Source: a virus (taxonomy: Duplodnaviria > Caudoviricetes). Taken from it: DNA of 64,000 nucleotides. Each line of letters begins with the position of its first letter. Positions within the stretch are counted from its first letter, which is position 1. Below the pieces are notes generated by a model. The model did no database searches. It was not told the DNA's origin and saw nothing but the letters and a program-made list of their open reading frames with translations. Shown one piece after another: positions 47,493-56,649 of the stretch. The DNA lies in IMG/VR virus record IMGVR_UViG_3300005841_000939; one strand, given 5' to 3'. Made by a program: the position numbers and the translations under genes.

Positions 47493-48065
47493 ATGGACCA
47501 AAAAGACACATTCCTGCTTGATCAAACAATGGACTTCGTGATGAAAGCTCATCGTGGTCAAGTCCGTAAATCTGTTCCTATTCCATATGCATCACATGTA
47601 TTTGAAGTTTATAAAGAATTATATAATAGGGGTATTAGATCAATATCTCTTCTTCAAGCTGCACTACTTCACGATACAGTTGAAGATTGCGGTATTACAT
47701 ATACTGAATTAAAACAAAAATTTGGTGTTGACGTTGCTGATTATGTAAAAGAAATGACTATTTTGAAGAAGGATAAATCTGATAAACTTGGATATTTCAC
47801 CAAGTTTAAAGATAAATCAAATGGTGCATTACTACTGAAATTGGTTGATCGTTTTGTAAATGCAAAGGATTGGGCAAGAGACGGTCGCCCAAATTATGCA
47901 GGACAATATGGATTTGAAGTAGCACCTCTGTTCTACTATTTCAAAGAAAGATCAAGATCAATTCAAATTGATTTTGGTGATGAAGCTGAAAAAGGCATGC
48001 GTAAATTAATTAGTGAATTATTTGAACTGTATATGAACAGCTTTGATGTTGTTGATACGAAATAA
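47493..48065 (+). CDS. HD-domain (p)ppGpp hydrolase-like protein (Mesh1/SAH type)
   Basis: AHRGQVRK..IPYASH, AALLHDTVED, FG..VA..V.EMT, KLVDR..N. Confidence 0.85.
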   Translation: MDQKDTFLLDQTMDFVMKAHRGQVRKSVPIPYASHVFEVYKELYNRGIRSISLLQAALLHDTVEDCGITYTELKQKFGVDVADYVKEMTILKKDKSDKLGYFTKFKDKSNGALLLKLVDRFVNAKDWARDGRPNYAGQYGFEVAPLFYYFKERSRSIQIDFGDEAEKGMRKLISELFELYMNSFDVVDTK

Positions 48066-49973
48066 TTATCTATAAAGAATGTGTATCAAATCTGGATTGA
48101 GCATTACTGCAAAATCTGGAAAGTTAGATACGCCTGATAATAAATAATAGCACTTGGAAAGGAGCCAGCAATCTAAAATGGCTTCTTCACCTAATTTATA
48201 CTTACTGTAATCAGTATGGTATTGGAGGCCAATTTTATGATCTTTTGGCTTTCGCAAGCAATCTGTGAATTTGATGATGTCTTTATATTTATTTGAGAAG
48301 AATTCCAGAGCTTCAATGGTATCAGTGCAGACAAATAAACATTCTATATTTAAATCTTTAACAAGCTTTTCAAGATATGCATCATAATCTAAAATATCAT
48401 AGATGTGAGTTTCTTTAACTTTATCTAATGATCTATAATGTAGGCCAAGACACCTCTTTCCCGCCATATTATTTGTATAAAAATCTTCAATCTTATCGTT
48501 TACTTCTTTTTTAAGTTTGAACGTTTCTTTAATTATTGGATTAAATCTTTTTCTAAATGTGTTTCTAAAATCACTTGGTGGAAATACACTTTCTCCGCTT
48601 GTAGTTGTATTTGTACTGTATTTTGGATATTCTTGTTGTTCAAAATAATAATTAAATACGTTTGGGCCAACATCTTTATCCAAATATGCAGATTCGGGCA
48701 CGTTAATGTAAAACTTTTGTCCTTTAACTATACTTTTTTCAGCACACACCAAAATTATTTTAAACAAACTAAATAAACCAGAATAGCCATTACGTATGTT
48801 ATAAAAGTTTGGATTATCTGAATATTGGAATATTTTTATTGGCATTTTTTCATGAACTAGCCATTTTCCATGGTACTCATTTATTTCTTGGTTGAAAACA
48901 CATTTACAAGTAATTTCGCCATATTCATTAGTAACAACAATATCACTACCTTCAAGATACCATTGACGTTCTCTTCCTGCTTGCCCTTCTGTTATAAACC
49001 CATTTTCGCCAAATGTCATTTCCCGTTGATCATAACCCACCCGTTCATATATCCATCTATTCTTTGTCACATGATCTTTAACGTTTGATGGCTCTGACAT
49101 AAATACTTTTTCCAACTTATTTTTATATTCAAAACATTTATCTTCATTGATATAACCATTTGTTTTATTATTTACAAATAACCTAAACTTATCATGAACT
49201 CTATGTTGAAAAATTAATGCATTTTCGTCAAAATGTCCAATTCCATGAGGCCACCCTCTACCGCTTAAATTTTGATAATATTTCTTTTTGTTGAATTCCC
49301 ATGCAATATGAAATGTATCTTTATCGCCATGAACTTTTTTGTACCAAAATTCAGAAGTCTCATTTAACCACATTGTTAAATTTATTTCGGCCCAATTTTT
49401 CTTTTTATTAATATATATTATACCTGAATCAAATTCTCTCTGTTCATTGAATTTTTCTATTTTTAATATATTTGATAAATCTTTTGATGCATAATGCGCC
49501 CAAGTATGATCACTAAAAAATATAGTACCAGTCTCTTTATAATCAGTCGTTTCAAATAGTGTTTCTGGATTTATTGCAGGAACTATATCAGCATCCATGT
49601 ATAAAACTTCTTCAAAGTCTGAATGTAATATGCTAAATGGTTTAATACAATAACCAGCAACCTTTTTAGAATTTATTGTTTTGTTTATCCCATCAGCGTT
49701 TTTTAATGTTATATTCAACTCTTCTATAAATGGTTTATGCCAATCATATATTTCACCATCAAGATGCCATAATTCTATTGGTAAATTGCATCCCAAGTCA
49801 CGCAACAGACGAATTAAACAATAACCACCAATGAAATACCCCCTTCCAGCAGGTATAACAATACCTCTTCCATTGAACTTATTTTCTGGATATTCAATAG
49901 TAGAATAAAAAGATTGAGCATTCGCTAAACATTCAAATGCATTTTCATTTGTAATTTGCTGATAAAGATCCAT
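48066..49973 (-). CDS. Two-domain glycosyltransferase: GT71 (Mnn2-like mannosyltransferase) plus NodZ/GT23-like fucosyltransferase
   Basis: GRGIV, LPIE, IKPFSIL.S.FEEVLYMDAD, DSG, HGDKDTF; C-terminal GLHYRSLDK, FVCTD, DCWLLSKC. GAGGA RBS. Confidence 0.7.
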   Translation of the reverse strand: MDLYQQITNENAFECLANAQSFYSTIEYPENKFNGRGIVIPAGRGYFIGGYCLIRLLRDLGCNLPIELWHLDGEIYDWHKPFIEELNITLKNADGINKTINSKKVAGYCIKPFSILHSDFEEVLYMDADIVPAINPETLFETTDYKETGTIFFSDHTWAHYASKDLSNILKIEKFNEQREFDSGIIYINKKKNWAEINLTMWLNETSEFWYKKVHGDKDTFHIAWEFNKKKYYQNLSGRGWPHGIGHFDENALIFQHRVHDKFRLFVNNKTNGYINEDKCFEYKNKLEKVFMSEPSNVKDHVTKNRWIYERVGYDQREMTFGENGFITEGQAGRERQWYLEGSDIVVTNEYGEITCKCVFNQEINEYHGKWLVHEKMPIKIFQYSDNPNFYNIRNGYSGLFSLFKIILVCAEKSIVKGQKFYINVPESAYLDKDVGPNVFNYYFEQQEYPKYSTNTTTSGESVFPPSDFRNTFRKRFNPIIKETFKLKKEVNDKIEDFYTNNMAGKRCLGLHYRSLDKVKETHIYDILDYDAYLEKLVKDLNIECLFVCTDTIEALEFFSNKYKDIIKFTDCLRKPKDHKIGLQYHTDYSKYKLGEEAILDCWLLSKCYYLLSGVSNFPDFAVMLNPDLIHILYR

Positions 49974-50048
49974 GTCCTCATTTTACAATTTATTTCATTA
50001 TTATTAATTTACCCCTTGATTTTCTATATTCAACACTATACTGGCGAC

Positions 50049-50681
50049 ATGCCTAAAGAAAAACTGTCCTTGAGAACTCAATTCAGACGCTGGCGCAAGA
50101 GTTTTTTCAGCCAAATCAAATGGTATGGTATTTTTGGAGCCATTTGGAAGGAAATTGATAACCTTCCTGGATTCAGACATGCTAATCAGTTTTACTGGTG
50201 GATTAAATATACGATCAAGTCATACAATGTGGTTAAGATCAAAACTTTGACCCATTCCTGGCATGACAGGGATGAAGTCATACTGCATGCCAATTTCCAA
50301 ATCCTTGTTGATTTCATTGAAAAAGAAAAACCCTTTGAGGTTACTGTTTGGGATGAAAATCAGGACGATGCGAACAAGGCGCAGACTCTCAAAAATCTGT
50401 ATCACTGGTGGACAGTTATTCGTCCTAATCGCGTTGATTCTTATGACATCAAGGAGATGAAAGAGACTGAAAATAAAGAAGATTTTGATTTGGATACCAT
50501 GTTTGAGGTCAATGGTACTGATGAAGATGGTGATCCAGCCTCGTACTTGTGGAAAAATAACGATACTGATGAACGCAAAGCTGCTAGAAAGATTGCTGAC
50601 AAAGTTGAAGAAGGATATGAATCTGAAGATACGCAAATGCTGCATATGTTGATTGACATCCGTAAATATATGTGGACCTGA
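50049..50681 (+). CDS. Hypothetical protein
   Basis: WHDRDEVILHANFQILVDFIEKE; likely start MPKEK. Confidence 0.75.
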   Translation: MPKEKLSLRTQFRRWRKSFFSQIKWYGIFGAIWKEIDNLPGFRHANQFYWWIKYTIKSYNVVKIKTLTHSWHDRDEVILHANFQILVDFIEKEKPFEVTVWDENQDDANKAQTLKNLYHWWTVIRPNRVDSYDIKEMKETENKEDFDLDTMFEVNGTDEDGDPASYLWKNNDTDERKAARKIADKVEEGYESEDTQMLHMLIDIRKYMWT

Positions 50682-50682
50682 T

Positions 50683-51603
50683 ATGCATTATCTTGGATAT
50701 TGTTGCATAAACGAAATTCTCAGAGTTTCGGATGTATATACTGGCCGACATATGATTCGTCGGACATTTGACAGAAAAATTGCGGCAGAACTTGGTTTAA
50801 AAAATTGCAAAGATTTGCTGACCATTTTGAAATGGAATGTTGAAAATGGTATTAAAGTATTTCGCATTGGTAGTGAAATTCTTCCAAGACAAAATGATCC
50901 ACAAGTTGGATATAAAATAAAAGACCTGCATTTAGAAAAAGAAATTTTAGAAGCATTGAAAATTGTTGGAAAATATGCTTATGAAAATTCATTACTTCTT
51001 TCTTTTCATCCTGGTGCATTCGTTTGCTTGGGGTCGCCTGATCCATTAGTTCAACAAATTTCATTGAATACGATTGAATGTGAAAACGAAATTGCTGATG
51101 CAATTTGTGCAGAAGCACCTTTAGATATACCAATCAATTTTCATGTTGGTGGATCTTATGGAAAAGAATGGCATAAAACTGCCAATCGTTTTTCTGGTTC
51201 ATATAATTTACTTTCTGCTACAGCCAAGAAACGTGTTGTCATAGAAAATGATGACAAAGCGGCATGTTGGTCAATAAAAAAGCTATATGATTATGTTCAT
51301 AACTTGACTGGCGTGCCTATTACGTTAGATATTCATCATTCTTCTTTTAGTAAAGAACCTGATTTATCATTAGAAGATGAATTTCGTATTGCCAGATCAA
51401 CTTGGAATGGCAGAAATATGCAGATTCACTATTCACAGTCTGCTGACCCAAATAAAAATATTCCTGCGCATTCAGATTATTATACAAAGCCAATTCCTGC
51501 ATTTCTCAAAGATATGACTAATATTCATATTCATTTGGAATGCAAAAAGAAGGAATTGGCGCTTAAAAAATATTTGGATGACTTTCCACAAATATTTGGA
51601 TAA
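50683..51603 (+). CDS. uvsE: UV DNA damage endonuclease (UvsE/UvdE)
   Basis: LGYCCIN, FRIGS, SFHPG.F, IENDDK, LDIHH, HYS, HSD, ECKKKE. Confidence 0.9.
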   Translation: MHYLGYCCINEILRVSDVYTGRHMIRRTFDRKIAAELGLKNCKDLLTILKWNVENGIKVFRIGSEILPRQNDPQVGYKIKDLHLEKEILEALKIVGKYAYENSLLLSFHPGAFVCLGSPDPLVQQISLNTIECENEIADAICAEAPLDIPINFHVGGSYGKEWHKTANRFSGSYNLLSATAKKRVVIENDDKAACWSIKKLYDYVHNLTGVPITLDIHHSSFSKEPDLSLEDEFRIARSTWNGRNMQIHYSQSADPNKNIPAHSDYYTKPIPAFLKDMTNIHIHLECKKKELALKKYLDDFPQIFG

Positions 51604-51612
51604 TACAGAAGT

Positions 51613-51804
51613 ATGAGCGAAAACTCTAAAAACCGATATATTGAATTGGCTATAAAATGGGCTGATTGTGCGCAGACCGATGACGATGAATGGATGAGTG
51701 ATGAATTGGATATGATTTGGGATAACCAATTGACAGATCAAGAACGTGACGATATAACTTTTGGCTGGAATAATAACACATGGGACAAGACAAAACAACG
51801 CTAG
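51613..51804 (+). CDS. Small acidic hypothetical protein (ends in TAG)
   Basis: 63-aa ORF. Confidence 0.55.
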   Translation: MSENSKNRYIELAIKWADCAQTDDDEWMSDELDMIWDNQLTDQERDDITFGWNNNTWDKTKQR

Positions 51805-52547
51805 GTGATCGTATGAAGGCATATGAATATGCTTCTTCTACACACTTAATGCAAGGTACACCAAAAATAATTAGATTGGATGGTAAGGCATTCCATACCT
51901 TTTTGAAAAATTGTCAAAAGCCATACGACATAAAACCAATGGAAGCAATGATTGCCGGTGCAATTGAAGTTATGAAAGAAATTGGCGGAAGTGCCAGGCT
52001 TGCATATATTCAATCCGATGAATGCTCTATTGTTTTGAATGATAGCATTTCAAGGGAGTTTTCACCTTGGTTCAGCAACAATATTCAAAAAGTTGTTTCT
52101 GTTTCATCAGCTATTTTCACCGCAGCATTCAATAAAAAATATAATCGCGCTGATGGAAAAATGGGATTATTTGATGCCAGATTCTTCCAAGTTCCACACG
52201 AAGAAGAAATGATCAACAATTTGATTTGGCGTCAATCTGATGCAACTCGTAACAGTGTAAGTCAGTATGCTAGAAGTTTCTTTTCACAAAAAGAACTGAC
52301 TGGCATGAACATATCCGAGATGCAGGATATGATGATGACCAAGGGTTTCAACTGGAACAATGCTGATACCTGGACAAAGCGCGGAATCGTGATAAACAGA
52401 AACTTCACAGGAGTAGGCGATCAGCAATGGGATGTTGACATGCAATGTCCCATTTTCAAGGATGGTAAAGACTATCTCAGAAAACGCTATCACCCAATAC
52501 CAGATGCGACAGCAACGCCTCAAAATGTTCATAGTGCTCAGGGGTGA
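51780..52547 (+). CDS. thg1: tRNA-His guanylyltransferase / Thg1-like 3'-5' polymerase
   Basis: LGDRMK.YE, RLDGKAFH, QSDE, QKVVS, FDAR, WRQSDATRNS. Confidence 0.92.
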   Translation: MGQDKTTLGDRMKAYEYASSTHLMQGTPKIIRLDGKAFHTFLKNCQKPYDIKPMEAMIAGAIEVMKEIGGSARLAYIQSDECSIVLNDSISREFSPWFSNNIQKVVSVSSAIFTAAFNKKYNRADGKMGLFDARFFQVPHEEEMINNLIWRQSDATRNSVSQYARSFFSQKELTGMNISEMQDMMMTKGFNWNNADTWTKRGIVINRNFTGVGDQQWDVDMQCPIFKDGKDYLRKRYHPIPDATATPQNVHSAQG

Positions 52548-52827
52548 CATTTCCCCTGAAGCTGCTGTAGTTGCAGCAAGTCATGCCTCTTTGGGTACTT
52601 ACCTAAATTGGAAAGATGATCCTGTTATGCAGGAATGGGAGAAAACATCTTTTGTCAAGATTTTGAAAAAATCTCTTCATAAAGATCATTTCAATTACAT
52701 CAAGTCTTTAGGTGAACATCGGGTTTTCACAGAAAGTACATTAGGTAATTCAGAAGTTTCTTTGGGTTTTAGGGTTGTAATCAATCCTAATCCATTACTT
52801 CTTGAAATTCCATTGTGGTCATTGTGA
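52504..52827 (+). CDS. PTH2-like protein (divergent)
   Basis: KMFIVLRGD...AVVAASHA, W...SFVKI, TE. Start at 52504 or 52525. Confidence 0.6.
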   Translation: MRQQRLKMFIVLRGDISPEAAVVAASHASLGTYLNWKDDPVMQEWEKTSFVKILKKSLHKDHFNYIKSLGEHRVFTESTLGNSEVSLGFRVVINPNPLLLEIPLWSL

Positions 52828-52840
52828 TTATGCATAGAAT
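52813..52840 (+). promoter_or_regulatory. Promoter-like TTGTGG-N16-TAGAAT
   Basis: Spans gene end and gap. Confidence 0.4.
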
Positions 52841-52849
52841 TATTTCACT

Positions 52850-53077
52850 ATGTATAGCAACTGTGATTATAATCCTGGTTCAGACCAAATGTTTATTGTT
52901 GATTATGTTGTTATTAGGTTTAACAAACGTTTCAGTAGAACTCTTTTAACCTTTGCACCTAACAGAGAAATAGCTCAGCGCAAAGTGTACAGCCAAGAAA
53001 AATCCGACAAAGTAATCCTCATCAAAACATGGGGATGTTTTCCATGGGAAATGCATGATGATTCGTGTCCTAATTAG
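52850..53077 (+). CDS. Small hypothetical protein (ends in TAG)
   Basis: 75-aa ORF. Confidence 0.5.
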   Translation: MYSNCDYNPGSDQMFIVDYVVIRFNKRFSRTLLTFAPNREIAQRKVYSQEKSDKVILIKTWGCFPWEMHDDSCPN

Positions 53078-53354
53078 TCTTCTCTTCTGTGCTTTTCTTC
53101 ATGGCGCAGATGAAATTTATATGCTGACTCTCCAGGTGAAAGATTCATCTTGGTCATTGAGCATTTCAGAACATATAAAAAACAAAATGAACGCTGTTAA
53201 GTTTGATATTCAAACAACAAAAGAATATTACGATCAATGTGTAATTGGTCAAACATTAACATCAGATTTTAAAACTGGATCATTTATTTATCGTGGTGCA
53301 ATCAAATCAACCAAGGTTACAATCTTGGATAAGAAAATTCTGAAACCAGAATGA
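53055..53354 (+). CDS. Hypothetical secreted/periplasmic protein
   Basis: Signal-peptide-like N-terminus. Confidence 0.7.
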   Translation: MMIRVLISLLFCAFLHGADEIYMLTLQVKDSSWSLSISEHIKNKMNAVKFDIQTTKEYYDQCVIGQTLTSDFKTGSFIYRGAIKSTKVTILDKKILKPE

Positions 53355-53548
53355 GTCAAGATCCTTACATTGAACCAGAATGTATACCTGCCGAAGAACA
53401 GGTTGATGTACCTATTATTATTGATGGGCATCTTCTTATTACGTTAACTCTTGCTGCACATGCGCAGGGAATTACACTTAATGAGTTGTGTATTCGTATC
53501 TTACGTGAAGAGATAGAAAAAGATAAAGAAGGTAAAGCCAAGGATTGA
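53351..53548 (+). CDS. Small ribbon-helix-helix/HicB-C-like protein
   Basis: LAAHAQGITLNELC pattern. Confidence 0.45.
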   Translation: MSQDPYIEPECIPAEEQVDVPIIIDGHLLITLTLAAHAQGITLNELCIRILREEIEKDKEGKAKD

Positions 53549-53572
53549 CAAGGGATATGTAGATGGTATCGT
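53545..53572 (+). promoter_or_regulatory. Promoter-like TTGACA-N16-TATCGT of the pncB-nadE unit
   Basis: Perfect -35 hexamer; GAGG RBS and ATG 53593 downstream. Confidence 0.6.
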
Positions 53573-53592
53573 CTCAACAACGAGGGCGTACC

Positions 53593-54759
53593 ATGTTCAC
53601 TAGCTTCCTGGATCAAGACAAATACAAGCTGGATATGGCTTTTGCCATTCTCATGCTTTTTCCAGGAACGGAAGTTGTATCAAGTTTCATTAATCGGCGC
53701 GCTGATGATACGTTTGATGACCGTTTCTTGGCGATACTCCAAGATGAATTGGCTCGCATCAAAACTATCACTCTCAACAATGAAGAATATAAGTGGTTGG
53801 TTGAACGTAAGGATCTTCACTATAATCCGATGTTTTATGAATGGTTGAAAAATTATCGTTTCAATCCGAGTGGCGAAGTTTACATATACATTGAAGAAGG
53901 ACAACTCAAAATAATCATCAAGGGGTTGTGGGAGAGAACGATTTTTTGGGAAATCATTCTCATGGAAACCATTTCGGAAATTTATTTCAAACTCAAAGGT
54001 GTCAAGTTTGATGGGATGGAGTATTACAAAAATACTCTGAGGAAGAAACAAATTCTCAGCATCAATAAATGCTATTTCAGTGAATTCGGTAGTCGTCGTC
54101 GTTTTTCGTCGGAAGCGCATGAAATCGTTATTCAAGCTCTTTCGGCAAAAACTGATGAATATGAAAATACTTTTGTCGGTACCAGTAATATGCACTTTGC
54201 TCGGATGTATGGTCTGAAACCGATCGGAACGAAAGCACACGAATTTACCATGGGGATTTCGGCCCTATGTGGGTTGATGTATGCAAATCGTTTTGATTTG
54301 GAGTACTGGCAAAAGGTCTACCCCGGTACAAACAGTATCGCACTGACTGATACGTTTGGCACTGATGCTTTTTTCAAAGACTTCACCCTCTATCATGCAA
54401 AACTGTATGATGGTTTGCGTCATGATTCAGGTAGCCCATATGAATTCGCTGATAAGGTCGTTGCTCATTATGAAAAATTGGGCATTGATCCGAAGCGAAA
54501 GATCATCGTATTCAGTGATGGATTAAATCCCGATGAATGCGTAAAAATCAGAAAACATGTCGGTGATCGCATCGCATGTTCATTTGGCATCGGAACCAAT
54601 TTCACCAACGATGTTCCTGGCAATCGTGCTTTGAACATGGTCATCAAACTCCGTCAAGTGAACGGAGTTGAAGTAGTGAAGATTTCGGACAATCCAAGTA
54701 AAGCAACTGGCGATCAAAGTGCGCTAGATATTGCTTTCAAAACTTTCGGTATCAAGTAA
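53593..54759 (+). CDS. pncB: Nicotinate phosphoribosyltransferase
   Basis: DQDKYK, EFGSRRRFS, GTSN, GTKAHE, LTDTFG, RHDSG, FSDGL, FGIGTN, VKISD.P.K. Confidence 0.93.
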   Translation: MFTSFLDQDKYKLDMAFAILMLFPGTEVVSSFINRRADDTFDDRFLAILQDELARIKTITLNNEEYKWLVERKDLHYNPMFYEWLKNYRFNPSGEVYIYIEEGQLKIIIKGLWERTIFWEIILMETISEIYFKLKGVKFDGMEYYKNTLRKKQILSINKCYFSEFGSRRRFSSEAHEIVIQALSAKTDEYENTFVGTSNMHFARMYGLKPIGTKAHEFTMGISALCGLMYANRFDLEYWQKVYPGTNSIALTDTFGTDAFFKDFTLYHAKLYDGLRHDSGSPYEFADKVVAHYEKLGIDPKRKIIVFSDGLNPDECVKIRKHVGDRIACSFGIGTNFTNDVPGNRALNMVIKLRQVNGVEVVKISDNPSKATGDQSALDIAFKTFGIK

Positions 54760-54767
54760 GGACTATC

Positions 54768-56549
54768 ATGCTCAACGTCGCTCTCTGCCAGATCAATACT
54801 ACGCCAAATCGGTTCAAGCAGAATTTTGAATTGATTGTGCAGTGTTTGAAAATTGCCAACGAACACTCAAATGATATTCCTGTTGATTTGGTTGTGTTCC
54901 CTGAACTGACCATTCCTGGGTACTTGAGCAAAGATTTAGTGTATACCGAAGATTACATCAGAAATAACAAAAAATATCTCAATCTGATTATTGAAGAAAT
55001 TGATAACAATTTTAGAGATTTGTACGATTCAAGAATTGTAGTTGGATATTTTGACATCAATCCTGAAGGTATTGGCAAACCTTTTACCAATCGTCTTGCT
55101 GTCATTCATCGTGGAATCATTGAAGCAACTTACACCAAACATCTTCTTCCGTTTTATGATGTGTTTGATGAAGCACGGTATTGTGAACCAGGTAAAGATC
55201 ATTTGGTGATCAATATTGATGGTCATAAAGTCGGCTTCACTATATGCGAAGATTTGTGGAATGACAAATTGGTTGATAATTATGCATATGCTGACAACCC
55301 AATTGAATATTATCGCAATGTTGGTTGTGATACTATCGTCAATATCAGCAGCAGTCCTTTCGTTCAAGAGAAACCAAACTTTCGTCAGCATATGATTGAA
55401 GAAATCAGCAAAGACAAAAAACTGACCATCATTTATTGCAATCAACAGGGTGGTCAGGATGATTTGTATTTTGATGGCCGTAGCACCATTGTCATGAATG
55501 GTATGACTCATTTGATTATGGATCCAACCGCAAATGATATTGAGGTTGAATTTCATACTACTGATAAAAACAATTGGGGACACTTCATATCAAACATTCG
55601 CATTAAAGATGAAATGGAATATTTATTTAACGTCATCGTTAATTCATTGAGGGACTATATTCACAAAAGCGGATTTAAAAGCATCGTTTTGGGTAGCTCA
55701 GGTGGAATAGATAGCGCATTGGTTGCTGCTTTGGCAAAACATGCAATTGGTGGTGAAAATGTTCACTGTATAATGATGCCTTCAAAATATAGCAGTGATG
55801 GAAGCGTAAATGATGCGAAAGAATTGCATCGGAATATTGGATGTAATGAATATGAAATGCGTATTGATCCTGCTGATTTTTATGTTAAATTCAAACAAGG
55901 TTATGATAATGGCATCCTCACCAAAGCTGACATTTTTGGAACTAAAGAATATACGAAGCATCATCCAAGTGCTGATGAAAATCTTCAAGCGCGCATGCGT
56001 GCTCTGAATGTAATGTATTTCAGTAATGGATTTGGTGCATTAGCACTGACTACTGGTAACAAAACAGAATTGGCCACAGGGTATTTCACGCTGTATGGAG
56101 ATTCGTGTGGTGGATATGCACCATTGAAAGATTTGTATAAGATGCAAATCTTTGAAATGGCCAAATGGATTAATAAAAAGTTTGGTCCGACTATTCCCGA
56201 AAATATTATCAATAAGGCACCGAGTGCTGAATTGGCTCCGGATCAAACCGATGAAGAGAGTTTGTTGCCATATCCGATTCTTGACAGAATCGTAAAATAT
56301 TTTATTGAATATTATGTGACTACTCCTGAAGGATTTAAGCGCACGGTTGTTCTTGATGATGAACATAGCATTGATGCGAATTATCAAGCAGCAATTGCTT
56401 GGATGAAAACTGATAGTTGGAAAGCTGAATACAAGCGGATCATTGATTTGATCAACCGTAATGAATTCAAACGTCAGCAAGCAGCGCCAGGAATCAAATT
56501 GAGCAAGGTATCGTTTGGTTCGGGTCGTCGCGTTCCGATTGTGAAATAA
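54768..56549 (+). CDS. nadE: Glutamine-dependent NAD+ synthetase (nitrilase domain plus synthetase domain)
   Basis: FPEL, K..LP.Y.VFDE.RY, ICEDLW; SGGIDSA, ENLQARMR, TGNKTE...GYFTLYGD, PSAEL. Confidence 0.95.
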   Translation: MLNVALCQINTTPNRFKQNFELIVQCLKIANEHSNDIPVDLVVFPELTIPGYLSKDLVYTEDYIRNNKKYLNLIIEEIDNNFRDLYDSRIVVGYFDINPEGIGKPFTNRLAVIHRGIIEATYTKHLLPFYDVFDEARYCEPGKDHLVINIDGHKVGFTICEDLWNDKLVDNYAYADNPIEYYRNVGCDTIVNISSSPFVQEKPNFRQHMIEEISKDKKLTIIYCNQQGGQDDLYFDGRSTIVMNGMTHLIMDPTANDIEVEFHTTDKNNWGHFISNIRIKDEMEYLFNVIVNSLRDYIHKSGFKSIVLGSSGGIDSALVAALAKHAIGGENVHCIMMPSKYSSDGSVNDAKELHRNIGCNEYEMRIDPADFYVKFKQGYDNGILTKADIFGTKEYTKHHPSADENLQARMRALNVMYFSNGFGALALTTGNKTELATGYFTLYGDSCGGYAPLKDLYKMQIFEMAKWINKKFGPTIPENIINKAPSAELAPDQTDEESLLPYPILDRIVKYFIEYYVTTPEGFKRTVVLDDEHSIDANYQAAIAWMKTDSWKAEYKRIIDLINRNEFKRQQAAPGIKLSKVSFGSGRRVPIVK

Positions 56550-56553
56550 TCAA

Positions 56554-56649
56554 ATGATTACCACCATTGTAATCATTGACATCATCATTATAGTATGTAC
56601 TCCGTACATTCTTAAAGTTTGTGCAGATGCATTCACCAAAGGTTTATAA
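56554..56649 (+). CDS. Tiny hydrophobic ORF (31 aa), not in ORF track
   Basis: MITTIVIIDIIIIVCTPYILK; TAATG-coupled to the next gene. It overlaps a promoter-like element, so it may be spurious. Confidence 0.3.
   Translation: MITTIVIIDIIIIVCTPYILKVCADAFTKGL
56567..56594 (+). promoter_or_regulatory. Promoter-like TTGTAA-N16-TATAGT
   Basis: Between nadE and the Nudix gene. Confidence 0.45.
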
